Below, piece after piece: positions 55,144 through 63,004 of a stretch of DNA of 64,000 nt. The DNA lies in assembly GCA_017516865.1 (NCBI GenBank), contig JAFXAU010000026.1, positions 5,220-69,219 on the forward strand. The letters are read 5' to 3'. The stretch is from Bacteroidales bacterium (GTDB lineage: Bacteria; Bacteroidota; Bacteroidia; Bacteroidales; UBA1715). Below the pieces are notes generated by a model that saw only the letters and a list, made by a program, of their open reading frames with translations, was not told where the DNA came from and searched no databases. Made by a program: the position numbers and the translations under genes. The first letter of the stretch is position 1. Each line of letters opens with the position of its first letter.

Positions 55144-57891
55144 TTAAAATCCCTTTAAAATACCGTTTTCACGGAGATTATTTAGTATCTGTTCCAGACC
55201 GATAGAGTCGGTTGCAATTTCGCGTGCTTTGCTACCGTTGTATGCCCCCACGACTTTATATCGTTCCAATTGATCCATAATTCGGCCGGCACGGTTGTAT
55301 CCAACTTGGAACTTTCGTTGTATTGCCGAAGTAGAAGCCGTTCCCGATTCTATAATTGTCCGTGCTGCGTCTTCAAACAATGGGTCGAGGTCGCCGGCGC
55401 CCTTGTCGCTGTCGCCTCCGCCAGAATAGCCGCTGTCTTGATTTTTCTCCTTGACTTCAGGCAGTTGCATCGGTTGTCCGTACCCTTGTTGGTTGCCAAT
55501 GAAATCGACAATCCGTTCCACTTCTGGTGTATCGACAAACGCACATTGTACGCGTTCCAACGCATTTCCTGCGTACGAAACGAGCAAATCTCCCTTGCCG
55601 ACCAAACCTTCGGCCCCCGGCGTTCCCAAAATAATCATACTGTCGGTGTTCGATGCGGTACGGAACGCAATTCGTCCTGGAATATTCGCTTTGATGACGC
55701 TGGTGACGATTTTCACGCTCGGCTGTTGCGTGGCAAGAATCAAGTGCATACCAACGGCACGGGCTTTCTGGGCAATACGTGCGATAGGCGTTTCAATTTC
55801 TTTTCCTGCCTGCATCATAAAATCACCATACTCGTCTATTATAATAACAATGTATGGTAAATATTTGTGTCCCTGTGTCGGCAACAAATGGCGATGAATG
55901 AATTTGTCGTTGTATTCAATGATGTTTCTGCATCGGGCGTTCATCAACAGTTTGTAGCGTTCTTCCATTTCTTCGACAAGGGAATTCAACGTGGTGATTA
56001 CCTTCATGCAGTCGGTCAAAATAATGTTTTCTTCGCCGGGATACTGTGCCATGTAATGTTTTTCCAAACCGCCGTAAATGCTGAATTCCACCATTTTCGG
56101 ATCGACCATCACAAATTTAAGCTGTGACGGATGTTTTTTGTATAACAACGAAGTGACAATTGCGTTCAATCCGACCGATTTCCCTTGTCCTGTTGAACCA
56201 GCAACCAATAAGTGCGGCATTTTTGCAAGGTCGAACATATACACATCGTTGGTGATTGTTTTTCCCAATGCCACAGGCAATTCCATTTTCGATTCCTTGA
56301 ATGCTTTGGAGTTGATAACGGAGTACATCGACACCGTTTGTCGGTTTTTGTTCGGCACTTCAATACCAACCGTTCCCTTACCCGGAATCGGTGCAATGAT
56401 ACGGATACCAAGAGCGGAGAGGCTCATCATTATGTCCTTTTCGAGCGACTGGATTCTTGAAATTTTTGTTCCCGCCTTTGGCACGATTTCGTAAAGCGTG
56501 ATGGTCGGTCCGACCGTAGCCTTAATCGTTTCTATTTCGATGCCAAAATCTGAAAGTGTTTTTTCAATAAGATTTTGGTTTCTGATTTGTTCGTCGTAGT
56601 CAACTTCAACGGCTTGTTCGTCGTTTGGATATATTTTGAGCAAATCAGTTCCTGGCTGTTTGAAATGCGACAAGTCCGCTTTCGGGTCGTAGTCCTGCAT
56701 TTCCATTTCAATGTGACTGGTGTCCTCAACAGCAGTATTTGTGTTGGTTATTTGCATTTTCCCGTCAGGAATATGAGGTGGAGTTATAGTTTGCTGAGGT
56801 CCAACTGGTGTGTCAACATCTGCAACAGTTGTTCCGTCGTCTTGGGGCTCGTCATCTTTTGGTTGATCATTTTCAGGTTCGTCTTCATCGTTCGGGTCAA
56901 GCGTTGTTTCGTCGTCGTCATCCTCATCTTCTTCCTCTTCATCGTTGTCGTCGGAATTTTCGTCGTCGCTAAAATCCTCGTTTTTATTTTCGTCTTCGTT
57001 TTCGTCCGATTCTTCTACTGGTTCTTGTTCTTCGGTATGTTCGTCTTCTGTTTCATTCGTCGGGTTCTCATCTTCTGGCGTTTCAACAGGATTTTCTGCC
57101 TCTGTTACTTCAGAAATTTCGGCTGTAAACTCTTCTTCGTGTGGGGTATCTTTCGTAATTTCTTCAGGCTGAGAAATTTCTTGATTTACAACTTGTTCTA
57201 CTTGAGGAACAACAGGTTCGGTATTGTCAGCAGGCGTTTCTTCTTGGGTATTTTCTTCCGTAGCCTCTTCAGCTTCTTTCTTGCTGGAAAGGAAATTGCG
57301 GATTTTTGTCAGTACCCAGTTGTGGATAGAATTAAACGTACAGAATACATAAATTATATCGAATGCGACAATAAGCAGACCTGTGACGAATTTCCCTAAA
57401 AGATTTGGCAACAGTTGGTAACTCAAATAGTAACCGAGACAGCCGCCAATGTTGCCGTCCCACACGTCGTTGAAGAAGAACCCGAACGTAATGGACGACA
57501 CTATCATCAACGAAATCGCAATACAAAGGTATCGATAGACAGATGTTTCTTTAAAGAAATTGAGTGCACGCAACATGCAATAGAAACAAAGGAACACGAT
57601 TGCAAACGAACCGATTCCAAACCAGTCGTGAATGAACTTTTTCGATACAATTGCCCCGATTTTTCCTGCTCTATTTTGAATTTCCGATGGCGGAAGTTCC
57701 GTGATAGACGGGTCTATAGCCGAAATTTCCGCCGTTGTATCACGGAGAACGCTTTGGTCATTTTCCCACGAGGAGAAAAACGATATGAATGCTATGGTCA
57801 GAAATACACCAACGACAAGAAGCACGCCAGCCAACGCCAGTCGTCCTTTGGTGTCTTCAATATGGAATAGTTGTTTTAATCTTTCAATCAT
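55144..57891 (-). CDS. ftsK: DNA translocase FtsK with hyper-acidic linker
   Basis: N-terminal TM segments, motor Walker A VAGSTGQGKSV and a C-terminal gamma winged helix (ASTSAIQRKFQVGYNRAGRIMDQLE). Confidence 0.92.
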   Translation of the reverse strand: MIERLKQLFHIEDTKGRLALAGVLLVVGVFLTIAFISFFSSWENDQSVLRDTTAEISAIDPSITELPPSEIQNRAGKIGAIVSKKFIHDWFGIGSFAIVFLCFYCMLRALNFFKETSVYRYLCIAISLMIVSSITFGFFFNDVWDGNIGGCLGYYLSYQLLPNLLGKFVTGLLIVAFDIIYVFCTFNSIHNWVLTKIRNFLSSKKEAEEATEENTQEETPADNTEPVVPQVEQVVNQEISQPEEITKDTPHEEEFTAEISEVTEAENPVETPEDENPTNETEDEHTEEQEPVEESDENEDENKNEDFSDDENSDDNDEEEEDEDDDDETTLDPNDEDEPENDQPKDDEPQDDGTTVADVDTPVGPQQTITPPHIPDGKMQITNTNTAVEDTSHIEMEMQDYDPKADLSHFKQPGTDLLKIYPNDEQAVEVDYDEQIRNQNLIEKTLSDFGIEIETIKATVGPTITLYEIVPKAGTKISRIQSLEKDIMMSLSALGIRIIAPIPGKGTVGIEVPNKNRQTVSMYSVINSKAFKESKMELPVALGKTITNDVYMFDLAKMPHLLVAGSTGQGKSVGLNAIVTSLLYKKHPSQLKFVMVDPKMVEFSIYGGLEKHYMAQYPGEENIILTDCMKVITTLNSLVEEMEERYKLLMNARCRNIIEYNDKFIHRHLLPTQGHKYLPYIVIIIDEYGDFMMQAGKEIETPIARIAQKARAVGMHLILATQQPSVKIVTSVIKANIPGRIAFRTASNTDSMIILGTPGAEGLVGKGDLLVSYAGNALERVQCAFVDTPEVERIVDFIGNQQGYGQPMQLPEVKEKNQDSGYSGGGDSDKGAGDLDPLFEDAARTIIESGTASTSAIQRKFQVGYNRAGRIMDQLERYKVVGAYNGSKAREIATDSIGLEQILNNLRENGILKGF

Positions 57892-58589
57892 TAGAATTCC
57901 ATTTTTAAGTATTCATCAAAGATAGCGTTCATAGTATCAACTTCGACATTCACAAAATCTTTCGGCACATAGAATTTAGACGAATCGACCGCATTTTCCG
58001 AAATACCGCTCAGGCTTATGTGCATAGAAATGCCCTTGAGTGCAACTCGGTAGTCTAACAAAACTCCGTCAATCTCTTTGTAAGGATTAGGCCAGTTAGG
58101 ATCATGAATTTTTATGTCGTTTGTATACCATATATCATATTCTTCCTTCGACTTGTCTTCGAACGAAACGTGGACTTTGTGGGCGGTAAAACCAAGAATT
58201 TCTTTTTCTTCGTCCGTCGGGGTGAGGATTAAACCAGGGAGCGGGTCGAATCCAATCATTCTTTCTCCGAATTTTGCTTTACAAGTGTATTTTTTCGGCA
58301 TGAAATAGAAGAGAACGCTGTTCGTCTTTTCCTGAACATTTGAAATATACGCTGCGCGGAACATTCCAAAGGCACTGATTTCTGCCGTGGAACTGCCGTT
58401 TTTGTAATAGTATTTCAAAGTTTCGGGCAATAGTCCGATGATTTCCCTTTCTGCTTTTTCCTGCTCGTCGTATTCAACAGCAAAGGTAAGAGTGCCTTCG
58501 TTCGTTCCTTTTTTACAAGACGACAACAAAAGCATTGCTCCAATGAGCGTTAACGCTATGATTCTAAACGATTTATATAAATTCATCAA
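57891..58589 (-). CDS. hypothetical lipoprotein
   Basis: Lipobox LLSSCKK. Its stop shares one base with the ftsK start (TAATG). Confidence 0.6.
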   Translation of the reverse strand: MMNLYKSFRIIALTLIGAMLLLSSCKKGTNEGTLTFAVEYDEQEKAEREIIGLLPETLKYYYKNGSSTAEISAFGMFRAAYISNVQEKTNSVLFYFMPKKYTCKAKFGERMIGFDPLPGLILTPTDEEKEILGFTAHKVHVSFEDKSKEEYDIWYTNDIKIHDPNWPNPYKEIDGVLLDYRVALKGISMHISLSGISENAVDSSKFYVPKDFVNVEVDTMNAIFDEYLKMEF

Positions 58590-58639
58590 GAAGTTCCACT
58601 AAAATCACGCAAAGGTATAAAAAAAGATGATAAGAGGGG

Positions 58640-59683
58640 TTAACTTTCTATCTCAAAGAATACTTTATAAAAACTTTTTCCTCGATTTTCGTCGTAACCG
58701 CGTTCCAAGAACTCAGGACGGGAATGGACGTAGATGTGAAAATTTTTATCAAGTTTGATGACGCTCCGCAAATATCGTTTGGATTTTTTCACTGCGGTTT
58801 CGTCTATGTCGAAACTATTGGGAGCTTCGATTTCGTGAATGCGGCTGTAGTGTTGTTTGAAATTATCGAATGCCTCAATAACTTCTGGATTTCCAATGGT
58901 TTCTTGCGTAAATTGTTTTTCGTCGAATGTCTGGTTTGTTTGGAAGTAGTTCAAAGAATTTTGCAAAAATTTTACTCTTTCATCGTTTTTAACCGATTCG
59001 TTTTGAGCCAAAATCTCTTCGTTGAATTCTTTACAGATTTTCAAAAATGATTCTGTGTTAAAGTATTCATTTTCAATAACTTTTGCTTCGATGAATTTAT
59101 CTATCCAATATACATTGTCGCCTTTTGAACTGTCCTGTGCTTTAATGAGATAGCCATATTCTGGTTCGATATTGAAAATGAAACAGCCTTTTTCTATTTT
59201 TTTGAGGCTGATTCCGCTTTCTGCTTGAAAATTGACTTCGTTTTCGTTTTGGAGAATTTTCAAAAACGTCTCTTTGGATTCGGATTTGAAAAGTCCCACG
59301 GCATCGACCATGTTGTCATCGACCATGCAGTTTGAAAAATACACGACGTAAAATTCGCTGTAAGTCTGGTCGTTTTCGTCGAGTACGTTGTAAAGTTTTT
59401 CAGCTAATTTTATCGATGAACTGTAGAATTCGCCTTTTTGCTGAAAAATACGTGCCACTTCTTCTTTTACGGCAAAACTATCGTCCCTGAAACGGTACAA
59501 TTCCGGAGCCTTGAGAGACAGCGAAAAAAATGAATTTAAAATATACTGTGTCTGTTCGTCAATGAACTGAATTTCGTGTTTTGAATAAAAGTTCTGACGC
59601 TTAGGGTCTTCTTCCGCAGCCGCTTTCATTCCAATTTTATGAATGACAAGCGATTCTATGTTTGCATTTGAAATATCTATCAT
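58640..59683 (-). CDS. nucleoid-associated protein (NdpA/YejK-like, NA37 family)
   Basis: The N-terminal IESLVIHKIG pattern and ~340-aa size are typical of the NA37 family. Own TActTTTG box upstream. Confidence 0.55.
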   Translation of the reverse strand: MIDISNANIESLVIHKIGMKAAAEEDPKRQNFYSKHEIQFIDEQTQYILNSFFSLSLKAPELYRFRDDSFAVKEEVARIFQQKGEFYSSSIKLAEKLYNVLDENDQTYSEFYVVYFSNCMVDDNMVDAVGLFKSESKETFLKILQNENEVNFQAESGISLKKIEKGCFIFNIEPEYGYLIKAQDSSKGDNVYWIDKFIEAKVIENEYFNTESFLKICKEFNEEILAQNESVKNDERVKFLQNSLNYFQTNQTFDEKQFTQETIGNPEVIEAFDNFKQHYSRIHEIEAPNSFDIDETAVKKSKRYLRSVIKLDKNFHIYVHSRPEFLERGYDENRGKSFYKVFFEIES

Positions 59684-59815
59684 TGTATTGAAATTTCTTG
59701 ATATGCAAAAGTAATAATTTCGACGTCGGAAATGAGAATTAAGAGTTAAAAATTAAGAATTAAGAATTAGGAGTTATTGGTTATGAGGAACATTTTGTCG
59801 ATTTCAAATCGTGTG

Positions 59816-60808
59816 TTACCGTTTAAACACGTTTTTCAGTTTTTGCACGAGTGATTTTTCCTGTTTTACTTGATATTCCTGAATGAGCGTTGCTACGTAC
59901 TGGCTCATTTCGTCGGCAGACTGGAAACGAAGTTTTTGTGCATTGTAGAAAAATTTCAGCCGAGCTTCGGGCTTGTAGCGCATGGGCGGAGTTTTGAAAA
60001 TGTGCTTTGCCGTTGCTTTTTGGAGCATTTCAAATATCGATTTGTCTACTCGGTGGTGTGGTTTCAACGGGAAAGACAATTGCATGTTCAGAATCAGGTT
60101 TTTGTCGTCGTTTTCGCAAATAAAGGCGTGCTCGCGGGCAAAAGCTTCGAACAACGTTATACCTAAGCTATACAAATCGCAGGAAGCGTTTATCAACGGA
60201 TTTGCTTGCAATACCAATTCGGGAGCCGAGTAATAGAGTGAATACGGTGTTGAAGTAAAACCGAGTATGTTTTGACTGTTGATTTGTGCGTATTCAAGGT
60301 TGAGCAGTTTTACCGTCGGATTTTCTATGTCGATTTGTCCTGCATTGTTGGCGACCAGAAAGATTGTGTTTGGCTGTATTCGCCTGTGTATTATTTTGTT
60401 ATGGTGGAGTGTTTCGAGGGTTTTACAGACTTTTTCGGCAACGGTGAGAAAAAATTTTGTATTTCGTAGATGAGGATAATCGCCGGTAAAAATAACTTGT
60501 TGTAAGTCAATGCCTTGTAAATGCTCACGAATAATATACAGCCCGTTTTCATCGACAATGCAGTCGAATGTTTTTACTAATCCTTCGTCTAATTTATTGA
60601 AACTGAGAAAGATATTTTGTACAAGCTGCAAATGCTGCGGACTTTTAATCAATTGTTTGTTTCTCAAGTAACGAACAATAACGGGCGTTCCGTCCTGTTC
60701 GCACTTTCCACGGAATACAAGACCGAAATCTTCGGCATTTTCGCTTTCTTCGGGTTCCACGAATTCGAAAACGTACGAATGATTCTGTCCGACAAGTCGT
60801 TTTTGCAT
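59816..60808 (-). CDS. protein-kinase-fold protein with degenerate catalytic motifs (putative pseudokinase)
   Basis: The C-lobe is retained (YSAPE, DLYSLGITLFE). However, VAIK is VIVRYL, HRDLKPxN is HRRIQPNT, and DFG is NLE. Confidence 0.65.
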   Translation of the reverse strand: MQKRLVGQNHSYVFEFVEPEESENAEDFGLVFRGKCEQDGTPVIVRYLRNKQLIKSPQHLQLVQNIFLSFNKLDEGLVKTFDCIVDENGLYIIREHLQGIDLQQVIFTGDYPHLRNTKFFLTVAEKVCKTLETLHHNKIIHRRIQPNTIFLVANNAGQIDIENPTVKLLNLEYAQINSQNILGFTSTPYSLYYSAPELVLQANPLINASCDLYSLGITLFEAFAREHAFICENDDKNLILNMQLSFPLKPHHRVDKSIFEMLQKATAKHIFKTPPMRYKPEARLKFFYNAQKLRFQSADEMSQYVATLIQEYQVKQEKSLVQKLKNVFKR

Positions 60809-61345
60809 AAATGAATTGTTTTAGGCAAAAATAAAAAATTTGAATGAGGTTAAAAACAATTCCGTGTAGATGTTAAAAATTTTTTAAATACCTTTTAAAC
60901 GGCTCTACATACGCATTTGAATAAAATCGCTTATTGCATTAAGCGATTTTTGGATAAAAATGGTTATTGTATTAAGCGATTTTTTATAATCGATTCTTAT
61001 TTTGTTATAAGCCAGATAATTATGCTTGCAAGAACACCTGTTGTTAATCCTAGAATCCTTATCTCAGTATTGCGGCGATTTCTGAATTGATTTCTTGTGA
61101 GGAAAGCAAACTGTTTCGTAAAACATTTCCTCTTCCTATTGTGGGAAATTCCGAAAGAAAAGTTAATCGTTTTTTCTTTTTTCGCTCAATAAAATCTCGA
61201 AATTCTTCTGGTGAAAAATCTTTTAGTTGCGCAGAAGTCAACCCCGTACGACTTCTATGTGTCTTACATTTTCAATTGATAACATGTGTATTCTTTTTTA
61301 CGAAAAATAAAAAAATCCCTTACACAACGTATGTAGCAAAATTTT

Positions 61346-61385
61346 TCAAAACAAAAAATCGCCAGTCCGATGAGGATTGGCGATT
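61346..61385 (-). terminator. rho-independent terminator after the PLD gene
   Basis: 12-bp stem AATCGCCAGTCC/GGATTGGCGATT, followed on the minus strand by TTTTTTGTTTTG. Confidence 0.7.
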
Positions 61386-61421
61386 AAAATATAGGCATTG
61401 ATATGGTGCTTTTTGATTTTA

Positions 61422-62240
61422 TCAATAATCGTCATAGTAATCGTCGTAATCATCATAAAAGTCATCATCATAAAAGTCATCATCGTAGTCGTCATCGTAG
61501 AAATCATCATTGTCATCATAAAAATCCTCTTCATCGTCCCAACTGTTTCTGTCATGAAAGCAATCACTACACTCTGGTTTTGCATACGAGATTCCGATAT
61601 CTTCTTCTCCGCATTTGTGACAATAGTTTTCCTTGTAATCGGGATTTTGATAATAACTCCATGTTTCATAACAATCTTCACACAATGGTCTTGATGGATT
61701 GTATGCTATTGGTTTTCTACATCTAATACAAAAGCCAGAATGAGGTACTTTATCATGTGTTTCTTGCTTTTCTCTATTATTTTCGGGGAATAAAAGTAAT
61801 TGGTCTTCGTTTTTTATTGGGTCAGATAGGGAGAATATTTCTGAGCATTCCATCTCACATTTTTCGTAAATTTCATTGTCTTTTGGGTCAGATTTAGAAA
61901 GTCGAGTTCCAAATTCTCTGTTTTTTTCAGATGCTTCATACATATTCATTGATGTAATCACCATCTCTTTTTCGTTATAATAACATTTGCCATGCAAATC
62001 TTCATAGAAATAAAACGAAGCCCAATCTTTTAAATCATGAAATGTTTCCAAATCCATTTTTTTGTTTTTACCCAAAAGGATGGACACTTCAACGCCCCTT
62101 TGTGCCGCTGTCTTTAAACGTTCTCTATACGTTTTAGAAATTTTCAAAAAAGGAGAGACAATAAAGATTTCCTTTTTTGCATATTTTATGATGTCATCAA
62201 TTGCTGAAATAATCCCTTTAGTTGTTAGAAATTCTGCCAT
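61422..62240 (-). CDS. single-HKD PLD-family (Nuc-like) nuclease + zinc-ribbon region + Asp/Tyr/Phe tail
   Basis: HKD-type motif LHGKCYYNEKEMVITSMN (HxK-x4-E-x6-TSxN). Cys pairs CIRC..CEDC and CHKC..CSDC. C-terminal ~39 aa are DDEEDFYDDNDDFYDDDYDDDFYDDDFYDDYDDYYDDY. MAEFLTT start at 62240. Confidence 0.7.
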   Translation of the reverse strand: MAEFLTTKGIISAIDDIIKYAKKEIFIVSPFLKISKTYRERLKTAAQRGVEVSILLGKNKKMDLETFHDLKDWASFYFYEDLHGKCYYNEKEMVITSMNMYEASEKNREFGTRLSKSDPKDNEIYEKCEMECSEIFSLSDPIKNEDQLLLFPENNREKQETHDKVPHSGFCIRCRKPIAYNPSRPLCEDCYETWSYYQNPDYKENYCHKCGEEDIGISYAKPECSDCFHDRNSWDDEEDFYDDNDDFYDDDYDDDFYDDDFYDDYDDYYDDY

Positions 62241-62402
62241 ATAATTCCAAATTATAAGCAAAAATAAAAATTTCTCAATATTTCTACAGTTATAAATCAG
62301 CAAACATCCATGATTGAAAACATTTTGTTAAACATTGCATTTCCCCTCTTGTTTGCACGTCAAATTTTATTATTTTTACCTCACATGTAAATGGAAGGCT
62401 TT

Positions 62403-62894
62403 ATGTATAAAAAACATATTATAGGGTTACTCATTGGACTGATGGTCGGGGTGAATTGTTTCTCGCAAGTTGAGTTGGGAGGAACAATTGGCTTTGGAAT
62501 TACAAACAACTGCATGACAATCGATTTGAATCCCGAAGCGGCTCTTGCATTGGGAACGAACAAAAATTTCAAACTTGGATTTTCACCTTTCTTTATGTAC
62601 AATAAGACCATAGGCAATTCGTATTGGACTGCCATGTACGGTACTCGGGAATTTGTGGAGTTTCACTTCAATTTTAATATTTTCCTTCATGGAGAACTGG
62701 AATCTGCAAAAATTGTGGATTCCGAAGGAAACAAAGCCTCGCTTTTGGCTTTGCCTTTGGGACTTGGCGGAACAACGCACATTTCGGAAAAGTTGGACGC
62801 ATATTTCATGGTGCTGTATGATTTTCTCTATGACGAATCGTGGGCAGTACGTTCGAATCCACAATTCAGAGCAGGAGTACGATATAGGTTATAA
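62403..62894 (+). CDS. small outer-membrane beta-barrel-like protein
   Basis: Signal peptide MYKKHIIGLLIGLMVGVNCFSQ and alternating beta pattern; ends RAGVRYRL. Confidence 0.5.
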   Translation: MYKKHIIGLLIGLMVGVNCFSQVELGGTIGFGITNNCMTIDLNPEAALALGTNKNFKLGFSPFFMYNKTIGNSYWTAMYGTREFVEFHFNFNIFLHGELESAKIVDSEGNKASLLALPLGLGGTTHISEKLDAYFMVLYDFLYDESWAVRSNPQFRAGVRYRL

Positions 62895-62897
62895 AAC

Positions 62898-62919
62898 TAG
62901 AGACGCAATTGCGCCTCTA
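62898..62919. repeat. degenerate relative of the 28-nt palindrome
   Basis: TAGAGACGCAATTGCGCCTCTA, an imperfect palindrome between convergent genes. Confidence 0.5.
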
Positions 62920-63004
62920 TAATAAGTTGGTGATTTGAAATTCAAAGGTTGAAACTGTTCGGAGGTCTTTGTGACTTCGACAAATTCAGTCTCCATGTTG
63001 TGTT

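Noticed and set aside
56575-57399. 274-aa + strand ORF opposite ftsK
   Set aside because: It is the reverse complement of the acidic linker's GAA/GAT-rich codons. That gives an F/V/I/R low-complexity product, which is an artefact.
61398-61726. + strand ORFs (98 and 107 aa) rich in I/V/H/R opposite the PLD gene tail
   Set aside because: They are mirror images of the Asp/Tyr repeat codons. They have no start context or promoter.
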